A DNA stretch of 62,580 nt, taken from a virus (Duplodnaviria > Caudoviricetes). Made by a program: the position numbers and the translations under genes. The DNA is taken from IMG/VR virus record IMGVR_UViG_3300025759_000093, positions 1 to 62,580 of that record; one strand, given 5' to 3'. Below the pieces are notes generated by a model. It was not told the origin of the DNA, did no database searches, and saw nothing but the letters and a program-made list of their open reading frames with translations. Shown piece by piece: positions 39,071 through 48,563 of this stretch (positions within the stretch are counted from its first letter, which is position 1; each line of letters starts with the position of its first letter).

Positions 39071-39520
39071 TTATTTATTTATTTTTGTTATTTTTTCAGC
39101 ACCACGACTTCCGAAGTATGCTACATAAACTGTTACCAGTAATGTTTTTAATAAGTTTATCCAAGCATCATCAACTTGAAACTGTAAGTGAAAAGAATCT
39201 ACAGCCATCATAAACACGGCTGATGCTGTTAAAAATATAAGAGCTAATGGTCTAGTATTTTTACTTAACCAAGAGTCTGACTTCATATCAGCTCTCCACC
39301 TGCTTGATACTTCTTTTAATTCTTGAAGATCTTGCTCAATAAGTTTCATAGCTTGCTCTTTATCAACTGCCTTAATCTTATTATCACTTGTTATAAGATT
39401 TTTTACAACACCAAGTGTTCCTTGGTTAGGAAGTATATCGCCAATAGCGTCTAATACTTTAGGTGCTTTACTAGCTAAAAATGCACCTACTTTAGTTTCT
39501 TTAAATGTTTTCTTTTCCAT
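39071..39520 (-). CDS. Holin-like membrane protein (GTA 3TM-holin type)
   Basis: RW.ADM.SDSWLSKN.RP followed by hydrophobic helices, ending YFGSRG.EK. Confidence 0.7.
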   Translation of the reverse strand: MEKKTFKETKVGAFLASKAPKVLDAIGDILPNQGTLGVVKNLITSDNKIKAVDKEQAMKLIEQDLQELKEVSSRWRADMKSDSWLSKNTRPLALIFLTASAVFMMAVDSFHLQFQVDDAWINLLKTLLVTVYVAYFGSRGAEKITKINK

Positions 39521-40953
39521 TAAAAGTCAAATTTTTTAGTTTTTAAAGCTTCCATATTTTTAGCATACTGTTTTTCTAATCTTTGTACAGCATTAGAATG
39601 TGGAGCATTTTGTTTATCTTTTAAAAACTGATCACTAAGCCTATCAGACTCTGCTTTTCTTAATCTATCTTGAGTATTAGTTCCTTTAAAAACATCTGGA
39701 AAATTAGTTTTAAATTGTTCTAAAGCTTTTGAAGATTTTTCATAAGCAGAGGCTCTATCCTTACTGTTAGTTCCAAATAAACTTTCAGAAATAAGAGATG
39801 CATTAGCATTTACACCTCCTTTTTCTTTAGCTTCTGCAGCTAACTCAGCAAGCGTTGTAGTACCACCAGGAACAACTTCACCTTTTTTATTTACTTTAGT
39901 ATAAACAAACTTCATGTTGTTTACTCTTTCTTTAGTATTTTTACCAAGGTTATCGTAATCTTGTCCTGGTACTATCTCTACAGTTGCACCATTATTACCA
40001 TAAGGAATTTGTAATTCTTTTTTGTTACCAGTTGTTGAAGCAGATTTTAATCTATCACGATATGTACTATAACTTTTTTTAAAGTCACCATATTCAGCTG
40101 TAACGTCTTGCATGCCTTTAGTAAACTGTCTATTATAATCTGCATCACTACCCTGGTCGTTTTTCTTAAATTTATTATAACTTGCTGCATTTTCAAGCGT
40201 CTTGTCAATACCTACTCCTTGAAAATTATCAGCAGTTATAGTCTTAGTATTAAAACCCATATCCCCACTTTCATTACTTCTCATACGTTGGTTTTCTACA
40301 AAACTACCAGTACTAGGATTAAACTGCACGTAGCTTCCACTGTAAGGTGTTTTTTTACTTTGAGAATTACCACTTATATCAGTATCATTTGAAATTTCAA
40401 AAGCTCCAGGTCCAAACCTTTTAACCATTGATGGACCAAACTTTTCATTCATAGAAACTTTTTCAGTATCTGCAACTCTACGCTTTCTACCCATTTGTTT
40501 TATAAAAGACAAAGGTGTATCAGACTCATACATATTAGGTGGTCCTGTTAGTTTGTTAGGTTTAGGTCTCATATCTTTTTGTTCTAGATTATCTCCAGCT
40601 TTATAAGCGTTTTTCTCCCAAGGTAAAGACTTATCACTTTCGTTAAAATCTTCTCTGTCTACCTTTTTAATACCTTCACCGTCTAAGTTATGATATACAG
40701 CATTGTCATCATAATCTAATTTACCATCCATCATATCTCTAAGATGATGCTCTTCATGTGATTGAGCATTTTTTCTTATAGGATCATTTGGCTTAATATT
40801 TTTATTAATGATCATAGTTCCGTTTTTATTTGCTTTAGCAACTAAACCACTATTATCCTGCATGTTGTCAGGCGTAAATGGAACCTCATATCTAGCTACT
40901 GGATCTACGTCCAATGGGCTTTTAAGCTTGAAACCTCTTCTTGTTTTCTTCAT
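39520..40953 (-). CDS. Late protein with N-terminal zincin-like metallopeptidase motif
   Basis: SHEEHH (HExxH) with a downstream LPWEKNAY Glu motif. Confidence 0.6.
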   Translation of the reverse strand: MKKTRRGFKLKSPLDVDPVARYEVPFTPDNMQDNSGLVAKANKNGTMIINKNIKPNDPIRKNAQSHEEHHLRDMMDGKLDYDDNAVYHNLDGEGIKKVDREDFNESDKSLPWEKNAYKAGDNLEQKDMRPKPNKLTGPPNMYESDTPLSFIKQMGRKRRVADTEKVSMNEKFGPSMVKRFGPGAFEISNDTDISGNSQSKKTPYSGSYVQFNPSTGSFVENQRMRSNESGDMGFNTKTITADNFQGVGIDKTLENAASYNKFKKNDQGSDADYNRQFTKGMQDVTAEYGDFKKSYSTYRDRLKSASTTGNKKELQIPYGNNGATVEIVPGQDYDNLGKNTKERVNNMKFVYTKVNKKGEVVPGGTTTLAELAAEAKEKGGVNANASLISESLFGTNSKDRASAYEKSSKALEQFKTNFPDVFKGTNTQDRLRKAESDRLSDQFLKDKQNAPHSNAVQRLEKQYAKNMEALKTKKFDF

Positions 40954-40962
40954 AATTTTATT

Positions 40963-41304
40963 TTAACATCTCCAACGTTTTCTAGCTGCCTTACCTCTTT
41001 CACTAGTCCAAGACTTAGACCTTGCACAAAAAGACTTTCTACGTTTGGCATCTTTACTACCTGGTTTAACATTTTTCTTAGTCACAGGTGCTGATAGAGT
41101 ACTACCTGGATTTTCTTTTTTATACTTTGCTCTGCCTGCTGCAGTCATACCTGCACCCTCTTTTACAGATAAAAAGTTTCTACCTTTACCTTTTGTTGTT
41201 TTACGTAATGATGGGCCACTTGATTTTACACAGCTACCCTTTGAACCTGGTCTAGTGCCAGGAACTCTTCTATAACCTCGCCAACAAGATAGACCACTTT
41301 CCAT
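40963..41304 (-). CDS. Small basic late protein
   Basis: CWRGY...GSCVK module and RRKSFCARS...RKRWRC module. Confidence 0.7.
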   Translation of the reverse strand: MESGLSCWRGYRRVPGTRPGSKGSCVKSSGPSLRKTTKGKGRNFLSVKEGAGMTAAGRAKYKKENPGSTLSAPVTKKNVKPGSKDAKRRKSFCARSKSWTSERGKAARKRWRC

Positions 41305-41307
41305 AAT

Positions 41308-41541
41308 TTATTTTTTATAAGATTTTAAAAACTCTACTAACACTTTTAAATCAGACTTAACCTCAGCTAAACTTACTTTAACTTCCTCCATGTTCTTAGC
41401 CATTGTCTCATGCCTTTTTTCAAAAGTTGCTTTAACCTCTCTAATACTAAAAAAGAAAAACTTATACAAAGCATAAGACGCTGCAACTGCTACTACCAGC
41501 GATAATCCAAATTCTCTTACTAAGTCTAATACTTCTTTCAT
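41308..41541 (-). CDS. Membrane protein of the lysis cluster
   Basis: One TM helix plus a coiled coil. Confidence 0.6.
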   Translation of the reverse strand: MKEVLDLVREFGLSLVVAVAASYALYKFFFFSIREVKATFEKRHETMAKNMEEVKVSLAEVKSDLKVLVEFLKSYKK

Positions 41542-41954
41542 TATAGTTTTCTACCTTTTTTATCTACTTTAACTTCTTTTACTATTACTCTAGTACTAGG
41601 CTTTTTGTTTTGTAATTCTTCTAATTGCCTATTAAGTTCTTCTAACTTACCATCAGCCTCTGTACCATCTTTAATCATACTAGCAGTTATATTAACTTCT
41701 TCTTTTAATATATCTTGTGTTTGCTCTAGCATTTCTACTTGGTCTTTTAACTGTATAATCATTTTTTCATTCCACTCTTCTTTTAACTCATACTCTAAAC
41801 GAGTGACTTCTATAGGTGGTAGTTTTTTAGCTTCTTCAATATCTGCTTGCAATGTGTAATACATACCCACAAAAGAGGCTGTAACCATTATTATTGCTAC
41901 TACAGTTTTTAAGTCAAGTTGTATGTTGGTGTTTTCAGAGATCTTTGTACTCAT
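41541..41954 (-). CDS. Membrane-anchored coiled-coil protein (spanin/holin-accessory-like)
   Basis: Start MSTKISENT, TM segment VVAIIMVTASFVGMYY, coiled coil; follows the amidase gene. Confidence 0.55.
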   Translation of the reverse strand: MSTKISENTNIQLDLKTVVAIIMVTASFVGMYYTLQADIEEAKKLPPIEVTRLEYELKEEWNEKMIIQLKDQVEMLEQTQDILKEEVNITASMIKDGTEADGKLEELNRQLEELQNKKPSTRVIVKEVKVDKKGRKL

Positions 41955-42348
41955 TAGTTGCGTCAAATGATGGGCATGCTTTGTTGGCAAACTCATTGTG
42001 TGAATAAATAGCAGCGTCCGGATACATAGCTTTTAATGTTTTAAGCACATGTAACAGACCTTCTTTTTGTTCTGGTGTTCTAGTATCTTTCGGGGTCTTA
42101 CCGTCTTCCTCAACGCCACCACAATAGCATATACCGATAGAATTACGATTATGCCCTGAACAATGAGCCCCGATTTTAGCTATATCTCTACCTTTCTGTA
42201 TATCTCCATTTATGTCAATGTAGAAATGATAGCCTATATCTGACCAGCCGCGACCTTCAACGTGCCATTTTCTTATAGTGTCAACACTTATATCTTGGCC
42301 TTCTCTTGTAGCTGAGCAGTGAATTATTATTTCTTTAATTTGTCTCAT
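41935..42348 (-). CDS. Endolysin, N-acetylmuramoyl-L-alanine amidase (T7 lysozyme-like)
   Basis: IIIHCSAT, GWSDIGYH, IGAH, SIGICY and KACPSFD motifs. Confidence 0.92.
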   Translation of the reverse strand: MRQIKEIIIHCSATREGQDISVDTIRKWHVEGRGWSDIGYHFYIDINGDIQKGRDIAKIGAHCSGHNRNSIGICYCGGVEEDGKTPKDTRTPEQKEGLLHVLKTLKAMYPDAAIYSHNEFANKACPSFDATNEYKDL

Positions 42349-42503
42349 TTTCTATTTTTTAACAAATACCACTTGTGAGCAGTATAGCCTAATGTTGTTA
42401 ATAACAATAGTATAGATAATACAGGCTCTAGCCATCCTAGACTAACAACCGTAGCTGATGTTATATTTAAACAGTACAGCTTTAAATCATCTAATGTATT
42501 CAT
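42345..42503 (-). CDS. Putative holin (52 aa), not in the ORF track
   Basis: MNTLDDLKLYCLNITSATVVSLGWLEPVLSILLLLTTLGYTAHKWYLLKNRK: hydrophobic with a basic tail, coupled to the endolysin. Confidence 0.6.
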   Translation of the reverse strand: MNTLDDLKLYCLNITSATVVSLGWLEPVLSILLLLTTLGYTAHKWYLLKNRK

Positions 42504-42670
42504 CTTTGAGCTAACAAAGCAGGATTACCTTTATACTCTATATTGTCAATCTTTTTTAATGTAGGTGTGATAGTAGAATTATTAGACATCATAATTCTAG
42601 TTCCTAGAGGCTTGCAACCACAGGATAGTTTTTTACCTGCTGGTTTTTGTTTTTGTCCGTAACTTGGCAT
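42500..42670 (-). CDS. Small basic protein (56 aa), not in the ORF track
   Basis: MPSYGQKQKPAGKKLSCGCKPLG...; downstream of a late promoter motif and coupled to the holin. Confidence 0.55.
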   Translation of the reverse strand: MPSYGQKQKPAGKKLSCGCKPLGTRIMMSNNSTITPTLKKIDNIEYKGNPALLAQR

Positions 42671-42705
42671 AATTTTAAATTTTACGTTTATACTGTTGCT
42701 GTATT

Positions 42706-42737
42706 ATTATAATCACACAATATTTAAATGCTTTTAC
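42706..42737 (-). promoter_or_regulatory. Class II (late) promoter motif upstream of the lysis cluster
   Basis: GTAAA-N16-GTGATTATAAT. Confidence 0.65.
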
Positions 42738-43840
42738 ACATTGTCATATTTTCTTTTCTTTTTGTGATCATATTTTAAATCACCAGCTAATTTAGATATA
42801 TGCTTCTCGTCGTTAAGCATTTGTTTTTTACTACCACCATGCTTAGCATCGTAGTTTACATCTCTCTTTAAATAACTCATGTGAGCTGCGTCATCTCTTT
42901 CTGTAGCTTTTAAATTCTTTTTAGTTACCTTAGTATGAGCATGATCTCCATACATACCTGTACCCTCGTATTGAATTGGAGCAATTGATTGATCTTTTTG
43001 GTAATCATATCTAGTTCCTTTTGGAGTTTTGTTTTCAGTACTTGGAGAATATGAATCTTTGCCAGGATTTTGTAATCCATAAGAAGGCATATCAACACTA
43101 TGTTTAGTTCTCTCTGCTTCACCTTTTTTCTTATTGAATTTAGGTTTTATTTTAACACCAGCTGGTCCTTTACTGTACATACCTGGAGCATCTTCTATTT
43201 CAGCTTTTAAATTATCAGGTAATTTATATTGATCACCTACTAAAGCTTTGCTTGGTCCATCATACATTCCAAAAGTAGAAGTTTGAGGAGTTGAACTAGC
43301 ACCAGCATATAAATCTTTATATCTATCTACACTTGTGTCTTCAACCATACTACCATAAGTAGTTGGAGGAGGCGTAACACCTGTAGTTGGTTCAGCTGCT
43401 GGCTGTGGGTTAGGCGTACCAGGATCACTAGCTATGCTACTCATTAATTTTTCTTGACCAAACTTAGAAGCTGAAACTTTATTAGTTGGCTGTGTTATGT
43501 TAGGATTGTTTTCAAGTACTTTTCTGTTTTGAGGTCCTGCAGCTCTGTTAATAGATTGAGGTTCTTCAGCCATTCCTTGTGTTTCTGGCATTGGAGCAAC
43601 CATAGGAAAAGCAGATCCTTTTCTTCCAACTTGTTGGATGTATTCTATTTTTTTAGCAGGTCTACTCATGCTGTAAGCAGCCATACCTTTTAGTGTATCT
43701 TCGTTCATAGGTTTAGTATTGTCTTGTTTTGGCTCTATAATAAAATTAGTACCATCAGCAGTTTCATTTTGAATAGGCGATAATTCAGCTTTATCTTTTT
43801 GTTTTAAATCTATTTTTAATCTTTTACTTGCTAGTGTCAT
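42734..43840 (-). CDS. Low-complexity late protein with repeated GMY/GP motifs (putative internal head protein)
   Basis: Disordered and Pro/Thr-rich; FGMYDGPS, PGMYSKGPA and GTGMYG repeats. Confidence 0.65.
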   Translation of the reverse strand: MTLASKRLKIDLKQKDKAELSPIQNETADGTNFIIEPKQDNTKPMNEDTLKGMAAYSMSRPAKKIEYIQQVGRKGSAFPMVAPMPETQGMAEEPQSINRAAGPQNRKVLENNPNITQPTNKVSASKFGQEKLMSSIASDPGTPNPQPAAEPTTGVTPPPTTYGSMVEDTSVDRYKDLYAGASSTPQTSTFGMYDGPSKALVGDQYKLPDNLKAEIEDAPGMYSKGPAGVKIKPKFNKKKGEAERTKHSVDMPSYGLQNPGKDSYSPSTENKTPKGTRYDYQKDQSIAPIQYEGTGMYGDHAHTKVTKKNLKATERDDAAHMSYLKRDVNYDAKHGGSKKQMLNDEKHISKLAGDLKYDHKKKRKYDNV

Positions 43841-44274
43841 ATTATTCTTTTATCTCTATTGGCAAATGATATAGCTTTAGCTGTAACTTTCCAAGAGTAT
43901 TTATTACTGTTGTTTAATTTTTTAGTAGGCATTTCTTCTTCACCCAACATAATACGGTACATACGACTAATTAGTTGTTTACACTTGTAGGAAACTTTAT
44001 ATATATGATATTTTTGGGTAGTGCGATTTCGTTCTCTCCACACAACTATCCACCCTTGTTTCAATAATCTGTTCCAGCGTCTGTTATCCCAACTATACGA
44101 GTACGTACCTTGTTTAAAATCATGTTTGGTAAAGTGGTCTAATGCGTCTAAATATATCAACAGTTCTAAGTCTGCATCATTTAGGTTGCTAGTTTTACAA
44201 GCCCACTTTCTTATTATTCTATAATGTTTAAGTAAATTTAATTCTTTTAAATCACTAGATGATAATCTTCTCAT
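43837..44274 (-). CDS. Putative winged-helix (MarR-like) DNA-binding protein
   Basis: LNDADLELLIYL...RLLKQGWI...Y.VS.K pattern. Confidence 0.5.
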   Translation of the reverse strand: MRRLSSSDLKELNLLKHYRIIRKWACKTSNLNDADLELLIYLDALDHFTKHDFKQGTYSYSWDNRRWNRLLKQGWIVVWRERNRTTQKYHIYKVSYKCKQLISRMYRIMLGEEEMPTKKLNNSNKYSWKVTAKAISFANRDKRII

Positions 44275-44946
44275 CTACATACAATTTTTTCTATAGAAAG
44301 ACTTATGTGTTTTTCCTTTGCTTTTAAGTTTAATACATTTAGCATCTTGTCTTGCAGTTTTTTTCTGAGCTCTGTTAGATTTCTTAGCGGATCTTTTTTC
44401 ACCTCTAAGTCCTTTCATTGCTTGTCTTTTTTCTTTGCCAGACAAGCTGCTTTTTATATCTGCTTTGTCTGATTTAAACTTATCTTTTATTTGACCTTTG
44501 TTTTGCTTTGACTCCGCACGTCTTTCCTTACCAGTCATATTCATGTCGTAGTCATCAGTGTAAATTAAGTTACCATCTTCGTCTCTCATTTCTGGATCAT
44601 ATTCGTCGCTTTCTTCTTCTTCTTCATTCATACTATCTCTTAAAGCTTCTAACGCATCTTTTTCTTCCGCTAGTTTAACTCTTTGAAAAAAGTCTCCAAC
44701 TTCAGATCTTGAATAATCAGTGTCTGATGGTATTAAGTCTGTGCTTGCGTCTTTTTCTCTATCGGTGGCTACAGCTACTGGTCTATCATTTTGATCATCA
44801 GTTGTATCATCTGAATCTTGATCTAACATGTCAGTCATACCTGGTGTAATAACTGAAAAAGGTGAGTCACCACCTTTAATCATAGACTTGAAAGAGTCTG
44901 CAAAATTACCTCCGTTATATTTTATTCCTTTACGCAATCTACTCAT
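44275..44946 (-). CDS. Late protein with acidic middle and basic C-terminus
   Basis: D/E-rich core and K/R-rich tail. Confidence 0.6.
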   Translation of the reverse strand: MSRLRKGIKYNGGNFADSFKSMIKGGDSPFSVITPGMTDMLDQDSDDTTDDQNDRPVAVATDREKDASTDLIPSDTDYSRSEVGDFFQRVKLAEEKDALEALRDSMNEEEEESDEYDPEMRDEDGNLIYTDDYDMNMTGKERRAESKQNKGQIKDKFKSDKADIKSSLSGKEKRQAMKGLRGEKRSAKKSNRAQKKTARQDAKCIKLKSKGKTHKSFYRKNCM

Positions 44947-44949
44947 AAC

Positions 44950-45210
44950 TTATATTATTACTACAACGTCATTTTCTTTTATAACTTTGTATTGTTTGTT
45001 TTTTATTTCTATACCAAAGCCAGATGCTTTATCATAATATATTTTATCACCAGCATCTACATCTATTACATCAGTACCTGGCTCTATAACTAGAGCCTTG
45101 CGGTACCTTATATCTTCTCTCTGCTTTTCAGCGAGTATTAAACCTCCTGTAGTTCTAGCATTTGTATCCTTTATAGGTTTTATTACTATATATTTGCCTA
45201 CTGCTTTCAT
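44950..45210 (-). CDS. groES: Co-chaperonin GroES
   Basis: TTGGLIL mobile loop, V.AGD.I.Y and IKENDVV motifs; coupled to groEL. Confidence 0.85.
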   Translation of the reverse strand: MKAVGKYIVIKPIKDTNARTTGGLILAEKQREDIRYRKALVIEPGTDVIDVDAGDKIYYDKASGFGIEIKNKQYKVIKENDVVVII

Positions 45211-46754
45211 ATTCTAATATTGTTTATTACACAATCAGTAGACAGTATAGTAGTCGCTACAGAAGCCGCGTTTGTTAAAGCGCTTTTAGTAACTAACAAA
45301 GGATCTATTATTCCGGCTTTTACCATATCCACCGTATTTCCTGTAACCACATCTAATCCTCTACCGTCTTCGTCTGGGTCAACATGTTCTGTTATACCAG
45401 CATTACGCAATATTGTTTCGTAAGGTTTACGTATAGAACAATATAATACTTCTTCACCTATGTTTGATGGTTTTAAATTTTGTGAAGCATTTAATAAAGC
45501 TATACCGCCACCTGGCACTATACCTTCTTTTACTGCGGCTTTAGTAGCGCAAATAGCATCTTCTACTCTGTCTCTTTTTTCTTTTAACTCTAATTCAGAG
45601 TTAGCACCTACTTTAACAGTAGCTACTTTAGCTTTTAGTCTAGCTAATCTTTTTTCTATTCTAATAACTGTATTAGGATTTTTATTAGTAGATAATTCTT
45701 TTTTAAGTCTATCAACTATTTCTTTAACGTTATCATTATTTTCTAAATCTACTTTTAATAATGTATCGCTTTTATCAGTTACAGATTTTAAACATCTACC
45801 TAAGTGATCTATACCTACAACATCCATGTCGTCACCTAAATCTTCATTTATTAAGGTAGCTCCAGTAACAGCACATAAATCTTCTAATACTTCTGCTTTA
45901 GTTATACCATAATGAGGAGCACTTATAATATTAACTTTTATATTGCCTTTTGTTTTGTTCATAGCTAAAGCACTTGATACTTGAGTATCTACATTGCCTA
46001 TTATTAATAAACTTTCATTATGTTTTATAACATACTCTAATACGTTTTGTATTTTTCTAACGTTATCTATAGTAGACTCTGATATTAATACAAGTGGGTT
46101 ATTTAGCTCACACACGTTTAGCTCTTTATTAGTAACAAAATGATTAGAGGTTAAACCATGTTCATACTGTACGCCTTCTATTAATTCTACACTAGTATCA
46201 GCTTTGTCAGTTGTTTCCATTATTACAACTCCTGTTTCATTTACCATTTTAAAAGCCTCACCTATTATAGATCCTAACTCTTTATCATTGTTTGCAGATA
46301 TAGTAGCTACTTGATCTATTTTATCTCCTGTTACTTTTTGAGAGTTTTTAGTTACGTACTCTAAAACTTTAACAACTCCACTATTGATACCTTCTTTCAT
46401 AGCTCTAACGTCGTCTAGTAAGCTATGTGATTCTGCCTCTTTTAATATTGCGTGAGCAAGTATCGTTGCCGTGGTAGTTCCATCACCAGCTTCCTTAACA
46501 GTTCTTTGTGCAGCTTCTTTTATAAGTGTTGCACCAATATTTTCTAACGGATCTTGTAGTGTTATTGAATTAGCTACTGTAACTCCGTCTTTTGTAATTT
46601 GTGGGTGTCCATTACTATCCTCTAGTATAACACATTTACCACTTGCTCCTAGCGTTGAACCTACAGCATTAGTAAGTTTCTCTACGCCAGTTAAGACCTG
46701 GCTTCTAGCTGTATCGCCAAAAGCCAAGTCTTTTACTAACTTGATTTCTTCCAT
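45207..46754 (-). CDS. groEL: Chaperonin GroEL
   Basis: ITKDGVTVA, AGDGTTTAT, EGIVPGGG and GIIDP motifs; no GGM tail. Confidence 0.95.
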   Translation of the reverse strand: MEEIKLVKDLAFGDTARSQVLTGVEKLTNAVGSTLGASGKCVILEDSNGHPQITKDGVTVANSITLQDPLENIGATLIKEAAQRTVKEAGDGTTTATILAHAILKEAESHSLLDDVRAMKEGINSGVVKVLEYVTKNSQKVTGDKIDQVATISANNDKELGSIIGEAFKMVNETGVVIMETTDKADTSVELIEGVQYEHGLTSNHFVTNKELNVCELNNPLVLISESTIDNVRKIQNVLEYVIKHNESLLIIGNVDTQVSSALAMNKTKGNIKVNIISAPHYGITKAEVLEDLCAVTGATLINEDLGDDMDVVGIDHLGRCLKSVTDKSDTLLKVDLENNDNVKEIVDRLKKELSTNKNPNTVIRIEKRLARLKAKVATVKVGANSELELKEKRDRVEDAICATKAAVKEGIVPGGGIALLNASQNLKPSNIGEEVLYCSIRKPYETILRNAGITEHVDPDEDGRGLDVVTGNTVDMVKAGIIDPLLVTKSALTNAASVATTILSTDCVINNIRI

Positions 46755-46776
46755 ATTAAATTTAATTGTATTTTAT

Positions 46777-47067
46777 TTATTTAAAAGTTTTTACTACTTT
46801 TGGTCCTTTTACAAACTCCAGTTTTTTTGTGTAATGAGCTATTGAAGCATCTATAGCATCTTCAGCACCTGGTAGTGTTTCTCTTCTTGTAACATCTATC
46901 CATTGATCATTTTCAGGATGTTTGTATTCGGTTTGATAAAAGCCATTTGGTAATTGAACAACTCTCCAGTTGCTTTTGGTAGTTATTGATTTCCATAGTT
47001 CAATGGTTTTTTCATCTGGTTGTGGTGCACTAGACCACGTGTTAGTGCGGGTATATAAAAATGTCAT
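46777..47067 (-). CDS. Hypothetical protein
   Basis: 96-aa ORF upstream of groEL. Confidence 0.65.
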   Translation of the reverse strand: MTFLYTRTNTWSSAPQPDEKTIELWKSITTKSNWRVVQLPNGFYQTEYKHPENDQWIDVTRRETLPGAEDAIDASIAHYTKKLEFVKGPKVVKTFK

Positions 47068-47071
47068 TTGG

Positions 47072-47734
47072 TTAATTTGCTTTTGCCACGTTTTTTAACG
47101 AAGCGGTTTTTAATGTTCCGTCTTTTACTTCTTGAGGTACCCAAGAAAACAATCTTGTATCTGCAACATCGTGCAGTAAAATGGTCTTGTCGGTTACTTT
47201 CCAGTCATAAAAGTACTCATAGCCAAATAAGGCTACGTCTGGTTGCATAAACTCTATAATAGCGTTGTTGAATAACTTACCGCCATTTGCCCACTTAACA
47301 TCGTCATATGTGTTTAAACAATCATATATAACTCTGCTTTTTGGAATGGCTCCGTATATTGCACAGTCTATTAGAGTATTATGGTTTTGTGTTCTTTTCA
47401 TGCCAGCAAAGAAACAGTGCTTATCTGTTAAATGCTCATACACATGATCAAACGATTTTATTGGCTTACAGTCTACATCTAAGTATATGCCGCCAAATTT
47501 TTCTAATAATAGTAATCTTATTCTATCGCATATAAATGCTGCTGGTATTTCGTTTTGTGGATCAATATATGATTTCAAATATATATCATCTTTAAATTCT
47601 TCAAAAACTTCATTACCCCACAATCTATAAGCGTAGTCTTTATTCATTAGCTGTATCTCTCTACAAAATTCAGCGCAGTGTTCTGGTATAGGATTATTAC
47701 CTATCCACAACTGGTGTATTACCTTTGGTATCAT
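47072..47734 (-). CDS. DXD glycosyltransferase (GT32/OCH1-like)
   Basis: MIPKVIHQLW and DRIRL.LL..FGGIYLDVD motifs. Confidence 0.85.
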   Translation of the reverse strand: MIPKVIHQLWIGNNPIPEHCAEFCREIQLMNKDYAYRLWGNEVFEEFKDDIYLKSYIDPQNEIPAAFICDRIRLLLLEKFGGIYLDVDCKPIKSFDHVYEHLTDKHCFFAGMKRTQNHNTLIDCAIYGAIPKSRVIYDCLNTYDDVKWANGGKLFNNAIIEFMQPDVALFGYEYFYDWKVTDKTILLHDVADTRLFSWVPQEVKDGTLKTASLKNVAKAN

Positions 47735-47755
47735 TTAATTTAATTTAATTTTTAA

Positions 47756-48091
47756 TTATCCTCCCCAGTTTGCTCCTTTGCCTGATCCTGATCCTGAACT
47801 TGAACTCATATTAAATGATGGATCTTTTCCTAAATCTATTTCTGGTTCTTTATCTTCATTGTTAGAAGTCCACTCACCATCTGCTAGACTTATGTTAACG
47901 TTTCCATATTTCTTTTCAAGAATTTTAGTTAAATTTTCTTGTTCAACAGTTACTTTTTTTAATTCTTGTTTTAACTCGTCTTTATGTAAAGACATTTGAG
48001 CTAGACTTATAGATATATTGCTTATTCTGCTTTGTATCTGTTTTATCTTTTCTAGCTCCACTTTTTCTATATAATTTGATTTATGTGCCAT
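47756..48091 (-). CDS. Small coiled-coil protein (paralogue of 37958-38221)
   Basis: Start MAHK, downstream of a promoter motif; KYGNVNISLADGEW motif. Confidence 0.6.
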   Translation of the reverse strand: MAHKSNYIEKVELEKIKQIQSRISNISISLAQMSLHKDELKQELKKVTVEQENLTKILEKKYGNVNISLADGEWTSNNEDKEPEIDLGKDPSFNMSSSSGSGSGKGANWGG

Positions 48092-48118
48092 TTGCTTTAT
48101 TTTAGTTATTATCTTATA

Positions 48119-48150
48119 TATATAATCACGCATTTTTTATTGTTTTTTAC
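48119..48150 (-). promoter_or_regulatory. Class II (late) promoter motif
   Basis: GTAAA-N16-GTGATTATATA. Confidence 0.6.
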
Positions 48151-48563
48151 TTACAGTTTCCTAAGTTTGTAACCTCACCATCTTCATTTACATCTATAAA
48201 TCCTCCTTTTTGACTTCCATTGTCATACTTGTATGTTGAAGCTCCAAGGGTTGTTGTTCCACTACTGTTACTATATACAACATCATCTACATCAGGATAT
48301 GTACCAGAACCATTGTGATATGCTGTATCTTCTGTTGCTACTAAACTACAAGCTTCGCCTGCTCCTCCTTCTTGTCCTTCAGAATTATAAGAAAATGCAG
48401 TTAAGTTAGATAAACCATAGAAGTCTGACATTGCTGTAGTTGCTCCAGCACTTTTACTAGCATAAGTACCTAGTGTTGCATTTAAAGCTACGTTAGATAA
48501 CGATACGTTAAACTCAGTTGCTATATCATTAATACTTATTTGACCAGAACTAGGTAAGCCCAT
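48147..48563 (-). CDS. Tail fibre tip/adhesin-associated protein
   Basis: LPSSGQISINDI..EF...MSDFYG N-terminus, typical of proteins following S74-chaperone fibres. Confidence 0.65.
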   Translation of the reverse strand: MGLPSSGQISINDIATEFNVSLSNVALNATLGTYASKSAGATTAMSDFYGLSNLTAFSYNSEGQEGGAGEACSLVATEDTAYHNGSGTYPDVDDVVYSNSSGTTTLGASTYKYDNGSQKGGFIDVNEDGEVTNLGNCK

